Shown: positions 28,372 through 36,613 of the stretch, piece by piece
How positions within the stretch are numbered: position 1 is the first letter of the stretch
Layout: every line of letters starts with the position of its first letter
Source of the DNA: an uncultured Verrucomicrobiota bacterium
GTDB taxonomy: Bacteria > Verrucomicrobiota > Kiritimatiellia > CAIQIC01 > Lenti-01
Assembly: GCA_964526745.1 (NCBI GenBank)
Contig: CAZGMQ010000002.1
Location: forward strand, 1,604-65,603
Length of the DNA: 64,000 bases
Direction: 5' to 3'
Notes under the pieces: model-generated
Seen by the model: the letters and a program-made list of their open reading frames with translations, nothing else
The model's database searches: none
What the model was told of the DNA's origin: nothing
Made by a program: the position numbers and the translations under genes

Positions 28372-30579
28372 TCAGGGCGCAAGCGCCGCGGCGTTCTTCA
28401 GGAGGTCTAGGTATTCCCGGCGGTAGCCGTGGGGATCGTTCCCGGTGGTGGCCGAGGTCCAGCCGATCACCTCGTGATAGGTCAGATCACCGATTCGGGC
28501 ATCTTCCCGCATCAGCAGGCCACCGGCCGCTACACCCGCCGCAAAGCGGAAGTCTTCCGAGGCGCTTTCAAAGGGCGCGAAGGTGCCCGTGTAGGGAATC
28601 TCGATCTTCGTGCTGGTGTCTTCCTTGGGTAGCTTGTAGCGCAGCTTGACCGTCAGCCATTCCGGGCTGGCATTCTTCTTGGCCTTCGCCTCGATGCTCA
28701 CTTTGACCGGTTCGCTTTCCACGGCCTGATACTTCAGCGGGTCCACTCCGGGGACGACCTCGACACCTTTGGGCACCAGTTCGTAGAACGCGGTGACGGT
28801 ATGGCCCGCGCCCAGTTCGCCGGCATCCTTCTTGTCGTTGTTGAAGTCCTCCTTGGCCATCACGCGGTTTTCATACCCAATGAGGCGATAGCTGTCAAAG
28901 TGCGCCGGATTGAATTCAATTTGGAGCTTCACATCCTTGGCGATGGTGAACAGCGTGCCGGCGGCCTGATCAGACAGGTTCTTGCGCGCCTCGCTGAACG
29001 TATCGATATAAGCATAGTGGCCATTGCCTTTGTCCGCGAGGGTCTCCAGCCGGTCATCCTTGATATTGCCCATGCCGAAGCCCAGCACCGTCAGGAAGAT
29101 GCCCTTCTTGGCGCGACCCGCAATAAAGGAGGAGAGCTCATCGGAGTCCGTGATGCCGACATTGAAGTCGCCGTCGGTGCAGAGGATGACGCGGTTCACG
29201 CCGTTCGTTTGCAGATTCTTCAGCGCTTCATCATAGGCCAGGCGGATACCGGCGCCGCCGGCCGTACTCCCGCCGGCCTGCAGGTTCTCTAGGGCGGTTT
29301 CGATGGCCTGTAGGTTGTCGCAGGTCGTCGCTGGCAGAACCAGGCCGCTGGCGCTGGCATACACAACGATGGAGACGCTGTCTTCTGGTGTCAGTTGCTT
29401 AGTGAGCAGCTTCAGTGCCTTCTTCACCAGCGGCAGCTTGTTTGGACTGCTCATCGAGCCCGACACATCCAGCAGAAACACCAGGTTGCAGGGCGGGCGG
29501 GTTTCGGGATCTAGCTCCTTGCCTTTCAGACCGATCTTGACCAACTGGTGGGCTTCATTCCAGGGGCACGTTGCCGATTCCACATGGACGGCGAACGGCA
29601 CGTCTTCGGTTGGCTGGGGATAGTCATAGGAGAAGTAGTTGATCATCTCCTCGATCCGCACGGCATCCGTCGGCGGCATCTGCCCGCCCTTGAGGAACCG
29701 GCGGATGTTCGCATACGATGCCGTGTCCACATCGATCGAGAACGTCGACAGCGGTTCGCTCGCGACCTGCTTGAACACATTGTCGTCCACGTTGGCATAG
29801 GATTCAGTATTCCCGACCATCGGAGGTAGGCATTCCGTCTGGGGCGTGCAATAACTGCCATTGACGACGTTGATGGCCATTTTTCTGGAGATGCGCTGCC
29901 GTCCAGCTCCTGACCGGCATGACATGCTGCCGGGTGCCATACTCTTCATGATGATGGGGGAGATGCGATCTGACACTATATCGAGTTCGTATGACTCTAC
30001 ATCTGAAACTGGAGCAGCGGCAAACTCCTGCACATCGGGTGCAGGCATCTCGGGTGCCTCGTTTTCAGTATCGGCCACCATGGCTAGGAGCATCGCTTGT
30101 GGATCTGCACCTTTGCCTCCCATTGCATGAAACTCGGGGGTGGCAGTGGGAGTGAGTTCCTCAAGGCACTCGACCATGGGCTCCGCTTCGCCGACGGCCA
30201 TTTCGCCTGTTTCATTCATGCTGATCAGCAGGTCCTTGTGCAGGGAGTGCGAGGCATTCCAGTACAGGCCGCCGAAGACCAGCGTGACGGTCGCGGCGAC
30301 GGCGGCGAAACTTCCCCACCGGTGCCACGCCACGGGCGAGCGGGAGGAGGGGGTGCTTCCCGGCGCGGCCAGAATGGCCTGGCGCTGTTTATCGGTCAGT
30401 TCCGGTGCGGGTTCGGCTTGCAGTTCAGTCTCAAGTTGGCTGGCCAGGGCCTGGATTTCAGCCACTTCGGCCTGCTGGGCGGGATTGTTGTTGAGTTGCT
30501 CCTCGACCTGCTGCCGCTCTTCCGCGGACAGCTCACCGAGGGCGTAAGCGGTTAATTTAATATCATCAATGGGTTTCAT
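28372..30579 (-). CDS. anti-sigma factor fused to von Willebrand factor A domain and DUF3520-like C-terminal region
   Basis: N-terminus MKPIDDIKLTAYALGELSAEERQQVEEQL. TM. VWA MIDAS CNLVFLLDVSGSMSS...TDGDFNVG. Overlaps the sigma gene end by 11 nt. Confidence 0.8.
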   Translation of the reverse strand: MKPIDDIKLTAYALGELSAEERQQVEEQLNNNPAQQAEVAEIQALASQLETELQAEPAPELTDKQRQAILAAPGSTPSSRSPVAWHRWGSFAAVAATVTLVFGGLYWNASHSLHKDLLISMNETGEMAVGEAEPMVECLEELTPTATPEFHAMGGKGADPQAMLLAMVADTENEAPEMPAPDVQEFAAAPVSDVESYELDIVSDRISPIIMKSMAPGSMSCRSGAGRQRISRKMAINVVNGSYCTPQTECLPPMVGNTESYANVDDNVFKQVASEPLSTFSIDVDTASYANIRRFLKGGQMPPTDAVRIEEMINYFSYDYPQPTEDVPFAVHVESATCPWNEAHQLVKIGLKGKELDPETRPPCNLVFLLDVSGSMSSPNKLPLVKKALKLLTKQLTPEDSVSIVVYASASGLVLPATTCDNLQAIETALENLQAGGSTAGGAGIRLAYDEALKNLQTNGVNRVILCTDGDFNVGITDSDELSSFIAGRAKKGIFLTVLGFGMGNIKDDRLETLADKGNGHYAYIDTFSEARKNLSDQAAGTLFTIAKDVKLQIEFNPAHFDSYRLIGYENRVMAKEDFNNDKKDAGELGAGHTVTAFYELVPKGVEVVPGVDPLKYQAVESEPVKVSIEAKAKKNASPEWLTVKLRYKLPKEDTSTKIEIPYTGTFAPFESASEDFRFAAGVAAGGLLMREDARIGDLTYHEVIGWTSATTGNDPHGYRREYLDLLKNAAALAP

Positions 30580-30589
30580 GGGTCTTCTC

Positions 30590-31090
30590 CTAGAAATGGG
30601 ATGCTTGCTGGCGCAGGGTTTTGATTCCGGTATGGATGAGAACCCCCACATGGCTTTCGCTCAGGGAGGTCACTTCCGCGATTTCGCGGTAGCTCATCTG
30701 CTGCTGGAATTTCAGGCGAATCACTTCCGCCTGTTTGGCGGGCAGGGCCGCCAGTTTTTTCATCAGCAGCGAGAGGCTCTCGCGCAGATGCGTCTCTTCG
30801 GCCGGGGACCGCCCCGGGGCGGGCAGGACGGCGGCGCGTGCGTCGGTTAAGGTTTCCACGGGTTTTTCCTTTCTGAGGATATCGATGCAACGATTTCGAC
30901 AGACCCGGAACAGCCAGGCGGCGGTACGGTCCTCATCCTTGATGTCTTCGCGACACAGTTTAAGGAAGGTGTCTTGAACGGCATCCCGGGCGGTTTCATA
31001 GTTGCCCGTGATGCGAACGGCCACCTGGCAGAGCGGCCGCTCGTATCGAGCCACCGCGTTCTGGATCCATTGCGTTTTGTTTCGTTTCAT
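30590..31090 (-). CDS. ECF RNA polymerase sigma factor
   Basis: 166 aa. AVQDTFLKLCRED...LPAKQAEVIRLKFQQQMSYREIAEVTSLSESHVGVLIHTGIKTLR. Confidence 0.85.
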   Translation of the reverse strand: MKRNKTQWIQNAVARYERPLCQVAVRITGNYETARDAVQDTFLKLCREDIKDEDRTAAWLFRVCRNRCIDILRKEKPVETLTDARAAVLPAPGRSPAEETHLRESLSLLMKKLAALPAKQAEVIRLKFQQQMSYREIAEVTSLSESHVGVLIHTGIKTLRQQASHF

Positions 31091-31616
31091 CGTGTTCTTT
31101 TCGTTGTTGGCTCAGGTTGGAACCCGCACTCCGGAATGCGATGTCCACCATGTTAACGGATGGGCGAGGCGTTTCTTAGAGAATTTCTTCATTTTCTTTT
31201 TCCGCCACTGCGAATCACGCGAAAAGGCACGAATGGTAAATAGGCAAAAAATAGATGATTGTAGAGCCTGAGTTCCGCAAGGGGGACGAAAAGCGAACGA
31301 GAATTCTATAGCGATCTGCCGTAGGCAGAGTGAGCGAGTAAACTGTGTGAATGAGGTATCAAATAGCTAAAATTCATCAAAACAGGCTTCAAAAAGTCGA
31401 TATTTTAACCCCCAAAATCCAAAAAACTAACCATGGTTTATAAACTGTGGTTCGAAATGATGGTGGGGGTGGCTCTTAAAGCATTTTCGTGGGATATCGG
31501 ATTGATTTTTGGGCGATAAGTCATCAAAATGCCTCCCGAACGTGAAGAATGGCAAGGAGTTGAGAAAATGGAAATTTTTATCAAAAAACTCACTTTATGG
31601 CCAAAAAATCAAGGAA

Positions 31617-32327
31617 ATGACGAAAATGATCACTTTTGACGACTATTCGGATGCGTACGACGCCTGGTTTCAGCGAAATCAGGCCATTTTGGAGTCTGAG
31701 CTCCGCTTGGTAGCTTTGGCACTGGGAAAAACGCCTGGAAAGACGCTGAGCGTTGGCTGCGGAACGGGCCTCTTTGAGCAGCTGCTGAAATCGCAGTATG
31801 ATATCTCTGTGACCGAAGGTCTGGAGCCTTCCGCACCGATGGGCGAGATCGCCCGCAAGCGCGGCATGACCGTGGTTGAAGCCGGCGCCGAAAAGATGCC
31901 TTTTGACGACTGCAGTTTCAACACGGTGATGTTTAACGGGTCGCCGGGATATATTGCCGACCTGGATGCCGCCGTTTGTGAAGCCTACCGTTTGCTGAAG
32001 CCTCAGGGCCGGGTCGTGCTGATTGATGTGCCCGCAGAAAGCTCGTATGGCATCCTGTATCGCCTCGGCGGCGCGGTTGGCACGTGGGAGGATGAACGCT
32101 TCCGCGGTGTGCTTCCAAAAGAGCCGTATCCGGTTGAACTGGCTGGCGGCGCCAACTGGCGGCCGACACAGGACAAGATTGATTCCGCGCTGAAGGCGGG
32201 CTTCTCCGACCTGACCTATGCGCAGACGCTGACGCGTCATCCGTGCTTCTCCGACACCACACCGCAGGATCCGATTCCTGGATATGACTCGGGGGACTAC
32301 GTTGCCGTCACCGGCATTAAACGCTAA
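31617..32327 (+). CDS. class I SAM-dependent methyltransferase
   Basis: Motif I LSVGCGTGLFEQLL. Start at MTKMITFDDY (alternative 31626). Confidence 0.8.
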   Translation: MTKMITFDDYSDAYDAWFQRNQAILESELRLVALALGKTPGKTLSVGCGTGLFEQLLKSQYDISVTEGLEPSAPMGEIARKRGMTVVEAGAEKMPFDDCSFNTVMFNGSPGYIADLDAAVCEAYRLLKPQGRVVLIDVPAESSYGILYRLGGAVGTWEDERFRGVLPKEPYPVELAGGANWRPTQDKIDSALKAGFSDLTYAQTLTRHPCFSDTTPQDPIPGYDSGDYVAVTGIKR

Positions 32328-32336
32328 CCTGTTTGC

Positions 32337-32999
32337 ATGAGCACGTCGTCTTTCTATTCCCGATGTCTGGACCGTTGCGGGCCGGTGTGGGAGCAGGCGG
32401 CAACGCATCCTTTTGTACAGGGTCTGGCAAGGGGCACACTGACCACCGATCAGATCCAATGCTACCTGATTCAGGATGGAATTTACCTGACCAGCTATGT
32501 GCAGGTCTGTCGCGCGCTGGCGAAACGATCCCGGACCGAAGCAGACAGAATCATGTTTGAAGAATCTGCCCGACTCTCAGAAGAGGGAGAAGTCGGAATG
32601 CAGCAGACGCTCTCTCAGGCGCTGGGCCTGCCGGTGCTTCATGGCGAGGCGATGCCAGCGACCACGGCTTACTCCGTACATGAACAGGCGTCAGCGGCGG
32701 ATCCATCTTTGTTGGTGGCGCTGGCGGGAGCGACCCCTTGCAATGTGCTCTATGCCGAAGTGGGGAAGCGGCTGAAGGCTTCTCAGGAAGCGGCCCGGCC
32801 CGGCCATCCATATCGCGTATGGCTCGACCTGTATGCCGATGAGCTCGTGCAGCAGCTGGCCGATCAGTGGGCGGAGGTTCTCAATCGCTGGGCCCTGGAT
32901 GCCTCAACCGCAGAACAGGAGCAGGCGCTGGACGCTTTCGCTGTCAGCATGCAGCACGAAGTCGATTTCTGGGACCAGGCCGGGCAGGCTGGGGGATGA
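32337..32999 (+). CDS. TenA/Thi-4 family protein (thiaminase II / aminopyrimidine aminohydrolase-like)
   Basis: FYSRCLDRCGPVWEQAATHPFVQGLARGTLTTDQIQCYLIQDGIYLTSY and C-terminal DFW motif. Confidence 0.7.
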   Translation: MSTSSFYSRCLDRCGPVWEQAATHPFVQGLARGTLTTDQIQCYLIQDGIYLTSYVQVCRALAKRSRTEADRIMFEESARLSEEGEVGMQQTLSQALGLPVLHGEAMPATTAYSVHEQASAADPSLLVALAGATPCNVLYAEVGKRLKASQEAARPGHPYRVWLDLYADELVQQLADQWAEVLNRWALDASTAEQEQALDAFAVSMQHEVDFWDQAGQAGG

Positions 33000-33126
33000 G
33001 TCAAGGGTGCTGAATGCGGCCGTTGAATATATAAACATATAGCTATAACTCTATATGAATGGACCCAAGGTCATCTTGTTTAGGCTTGTTCGTTGGGGTC
33101 CGCAGGCGAGCGGGTTGAGGGGAAGC

Positions 33127-33525
33127 TTACTGCTTGGTGGCGGTATAGGTGCCCATCCATTGCTGGGAGTCCTGGGTCAGTGTGTAGGTGCCGGTGCAGT
33201 GGGTCGTGTCGCTAAACAGTCCCGTCGCGGTGGCGCCGGGGGCGCCGACAGCACTTCCGTCTTCAGAATTATGCGCTTCGAAACTGTCCCCTTCCAGTGC
33301 GGTGGGCTGCTGAATCCAGATGCTGGCTCCGTCATCGGTGATTTGGAACGACGTGACCCAGCCGTTTTCCACTGTGAAGGTGACCGTGCCGCCATGAGAG
33401 GTGGGGCCGAACCAGGTGCCGGCATACACGCTCTCCTCCCCGCTGCTGCCGCCGCCGCATCCGGCCAGCAGAGAAAACAGGAGAAGGAACAGGGCCAGTG
33501 AAATCGAACGGAAAACAGGTTTCAT
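33127..33525 (-). CDS. lipoprotein, unknown function
   Basis: MKPVFRSISLALFLLLFSLLAGCGGG lipobox. Thr/Gly-rich beta-like body. Confidence 0.55.
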   Translation of the reverse strand: MKPVFRSISLALFLLLFSLLAGCGGGSSGEESVYAGTWFGPTSHGGTVTFTVENGWVTSFQITDDGASIWIQQPTALEGDSFEAHNSEDGSAVGAPGATATGLFSDTTHCTGTYTLTQDSQQWMGTYTATKQ

Positions 33526-33553
33526 AAGGGACTTTCTTGGGTTGTTGGCCACT

Positions 33554-34390
33554 CTACTTCTTCTGGAGGGCTTTCGCCAGAATCCCGAGGAAGAAAACCA
33601 GCAGGACGGTTCCGGCGATCGCAGCCCCGATCCATCCCAGCAGGGACAGCGCGGTCATGATGACACCCGCAATGAGCACGCCAAGAAAAATGGAAATCAT
33701 GGCATGGGGGAAGGACAGGCCCAGCAGCCAGGCAGCCATGGCGCCGGTCCAGGCCCCGGTGACGGGAAGGGGAATCGCAACGAAAACGGTGAGGCCGAGC
33801 GTTTCATACTTTTCAATGTCGGCGGTTTTGCGGCGGGTGCGCGCAAAGAGCCACTCGAAGAATTTCTTACCGATGGGGACCTTCATGCAGAGCGAGGAGA
33901 CGGGACCGAGCAGCAGTAGAATGAACGGGACCGGAATCATATTGCCCAGGACCGCCAGAAGAAAGATGCGGCTAGCCCGCTTCAGATCATCCATGCCGAT
34001 GCGGGTGGATTTGTCGGTGTCCGGGACCAGAATGTGTCCGACCGGAATCGCGCCGCGCAGCTCCACAATGGGAAGCGTGGAAATGGCAATAATGGTGGCC
34101 TCTTCCGAGAGGCCTTTGTCCTGCAGGACTTCGGCAATCTTCTGTCCGGTACTTTTGTGCGGTACTTCCTCGGCATGCGCGGCATCGGCGCGTTCAACGA
34201 TGACCGGCGCTTCCTCCCAGGCTTTGGCGGTGGCCGATGTTTCGGCATCCACGGGATCGGCGGCGGGTGGTGGTGCAAGAAGCGGAAATGTTTTTTTTAC
34301 GACATGGGAAGTGGCCGCGGCGTGCAGGACTTCCTGCGCGGCGACCGGAAGGGCGAGGGAGAGGACCAGGATGGCAAAGAGTGTCTTCAT
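33554..34390 (-). CDS. exported membrane protein with C-terminal small-multidrug-export-like (COG2426) domain
   Basis: Start MKTLFAILVLSLALPVAAQE is a signal peptide. C-terminal four hydrophobic helices with LRGAIPVGHIL motif. Confidence 0.55.
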   Translation of the reverse strand: MKTLFAILVLSLALPVAAQEVLHAAATSHVVKKTFPLLAPPPAADPVDAETSATAKAWEEAPVIVERADAAHAEEVPHKSTGQKIAEVLQDKGLSEEATIIAISTLPIVELRGAIPVGHILVPDTDKSTRIGMDDLKRASRIFLLAVLGNMIPVPFILLLLGPVSSLCMKVPIGKKFFEWLFARTRRKTADIEKYETLGLTVFVAIPLPVTGAWTGAMAAWLLGLSFPHAMISIFLGVLIAGVIMTALSLLGWIGAAIAGTVLLVFFLGILAKALQKK

Positions 34391-35091
34391 TGGGAGAGGG
34401 TTTTCTTTTTGATTTTCTTGAAGCGGTGGACCATGCGGAAAAAGCGGAAGGTGTCCGTGACCGGGTTGATCTTGCTCTTTTCGTCGCCATAGATGGTCTG
34501 GATCGGGACGGAGCCTATTTTTTTGCCTTCGAGAGAGAGGCGGAGCAAGATTTCCGACTCGGCGGCAAAGCGGCGGGTGGTCGGGTCGTAGGGGCCCGTG
34601 GGGAAAACAGATTTGTGATAGAGGCGGTAGCCGCACTGGGTATCGGGCACATATTGCCCCATCACGCGGGAGAGCAGATTGGACATGAACCGGTTCACAA
34701 AGCGGCGCAGCCGGGGCATGGTCGCGACATCGTCCATCCGGGTGCCGACAAAGCAGGGGCTCTGGGTGCGGGCATAGGCCTTGAGAAAGGCGGGAATGTC
34801 CGAGGGGGCATGCTGACCATCGGCATCAAGCGTGATGGCGAGGTCGTAGCCATTCTCTTTCGCGTAGTCAAAGCCGGTTTGCAGCGCGATGCCTTTGCCC
34901 TGATTGTGTACATGGTCCAATACAATCGCTCCAGCCGCCTTTGCGATCTGGTCCGTCTCATCTGCGGAACCGTCATCGATGACAATGACATTCGGGCAGT
35001 AATCGAGTGTCTCCTCGATCACGGCTTTAATCCGGGTGGCTTCCATGTAGGCTGGAATCAGAATACAAGTTTTCAGAAGAGTGGTGGTCAT
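34387..35091 (-). CDS. family 2 glycosyltransferase (polyprenyl-phosphate sugar transferase, DPM1/GtrB/ArnC-like)
   Basis: ILIPAYMEATRIKAVIEETLDY..VIVIDDGSADET...DADGQH. Confidence 0.85.
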   Translation of the reverse strand: MTTTLLKTCILIPAYMEATRIKAVIEETLDYCPNVIVIDDGSADETDQIAKAAGAIVLDHVHNQGKGIALQTGFDYAKENGYDLAITLDADGQHAPSDIPAFLKAYARTQSPCFVGTRMDDVATMPRLRRFVNRFMSNLLSRVMGQYVPDTQCGYRLYHKSVFPTGPYDPTTRRFAAESEILLRLSLEGKKIGSVPIQTIYGDEKSKINPVTDTFRFFRMVHRFKKIKKKTLSQ

Positions 35092-35108
35092 AGGGAAAGG
35101 GCGGGAAA

Positions 35109-36545
35109 TCAGTAGGCGTTCTGGCGGTTGAAAAAGGTTTGAATCAGAATTTTCAGATCGAAGGACAGGGACCAGTTTTCCAGATAATAGAGGTCATGCT
35201 TGACGCGGTCCTTGATGGACGTGTTGCCGCGCAGTCCGTTGACCTGAGCCCAGCCGGTCATGCCGGGACGGGAAATGTGACGGGTCATGTAGTGGCCGAC
35301 ATCGCCCTTGAACTGTTCCACAAAATGGGGGCGCTCGGGGCGGGGACCGACCAGGGACATGTCGCCCTTGAGGACATTCCAGAACTGCGGCAGTTCGTCG
35401 AGGTTCCATTTTCGCAGGAATTCCCCGATCCGGGTGCGGCGGGGATCGTCTTCCTGGGCCCAGACGGGACCGGAATCGACTTCGGCATCCACGGCCATCG
35501 TGCGGAGCTTGAGAATGGTGAAGGACTTGCCGGCGATGCCGCAGCGGGTCTGGCGGTAGAAAATCGGTCCAGGCGAACTGCGTTTGACCAGCGGGGCGGC
35601 GATGAGAATCACCGGGGCGGAGATCAACAGCCCGACCAGCGCGCCGGTGAGATCCTCCAGGCGCTTGAGGACGCGGTTCCAGAACGCATCCAGCGGCCAG
35701 GTGGCCATGCCGATCAGCGGGATGTCCGCGATATGCTGGACGCGGACACGGGAGGTCAGCACGCCATACAGATCGGGGACCATGCGGAAGGGGATGAGGT
35801 TGCGCTCGCAGTAAAAGAGAATCTGCGTGAGACGGGGATGGGAAATGGTGGTGTCGGCCAGAATGATTTCATCAATCTTCTCATCTTCGGCCACCAGCTC
35901 CAGTTCGCCGATGTGGCCCTTGACCAGATCGGGATTGATGGACGAGGAGAGGGTGATTTCGCCACCGCCGGGATTTGTGGGCAAGAGGTACCCAGCCAGG
36001 CGGGACCGCAGTCGCGGCTCGTGTTCAAGGGCATCGCGGATATGCGCGGCGAGATCGTCCACCCCGATGATGAGGATACGGCGGATGGGGGCGGTGCGGC
36101 GAGCCCAGTGCAGTTCGATGCGGAAGAGAATGAACCGCTCGACAAGCACCAGGAGCAGGACAGTGAAGAAAGCCATTAGCGCGACGGTACGCGAGTAGGG
36201 TGGCCAGTCGGCGGGGCGGACCACAAAGGAAAGGGCTAGCGCTGTCGCCAGCGTGACGGAGACCCCGCGGACGATGCGCGGCAGCTTGTCCCCGAAAGAA
36301 CCCAGCTGCGGGCGGATGTAGAGGCCGATCTGGCGGAAAATGAGAACCATGAGCGGCGCCAGGGCGATGGCCGCCGCGACATACATGCCGCGCGGCGGCA
36401 GGATTTCGTTGTGCTTGAGGGGAATGAGCCCTGAGTCGAAGCGGATCCACACCGCCGCCATCAGGCCGAGGTACCCGGCCAGGGCATCAGAGCACCCGGC
36501 CAGCACGCTGCAGAAGGCATCAAAATTATCGCGAGGGGCTTGCAT
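35109..36545 (-). CDS. undecaprenyl-phosphate sugar phosphotransferase (WbaP/exopolysaccharide priming transferase family)
   Basis: 478 aa. N-terminal TM bundle. C-terminal GPIFYRQTRCGIAGKSFTILKLRTM...DELPQFWNVLKGDMSLVGPRP. Confidence 0.85.
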   Translation of the reverse strand: MQAPRDNFDAFCSVLAGCSDALAGYLGLMAAVWIRFDSGLIPLKHNEILPPRGMYVAAAIALAPLMVLIFRQIGLYIRPQLGSFGDKLPRIVRGVSVTLATALALSFVVRPADWPPYSRTVALMAFFTVLLLVLVERFILFRIELHWARRTAPIRRILIIGVDDLAAHIRDALEHEPRLRSRLAGYLLPTNPGGGEITLSSSINPDLVKGHIGELELVAEDEKIDEIILADTTISHPRLTQILFYCERNLIPFRMVPDLYGVLTSRVRVQHIADIPLIGMATWPLDAFWNRVLKRLEDLTGALVGLLISAPVILIAAPLVKRSSPGPIFYRQTRCGIAGKSFTILKLRTMAVDAEVDSGPVWAQEDDPRRTRIGEFLRKWNLDELPQFWNVLKGDMSLVGPRPERPHFVEQFKGDVGHYMTRHISRPGMTGWAQVNGLRGNTSIKDRVKHDLYYLENWSLSFDLKILIQTFFNRQNAY

Positions 36546-36613
36546 AGTCGTTCAAACACTATACGAACTAGGGGAATCCGCTACAATCAGAGAATTCGGA
36601 GGAGGGAAGGTCT

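Noticed and set aside
31250-31330. Candidate TPP riboswitch upstream of the methyltransferase-TenA pair
   Set aside because: No CUGAGA / ACCUGAUCUGGAUAAUGCCAGCG-like conserved elements. Only a generic palindrome is present.
34237-36179. Plus-strand ORFs of 292 aa and 346 aa
   Set aside because: Antisense to the GT2 and WbaP-like genes, which have clear catalytic motifs.
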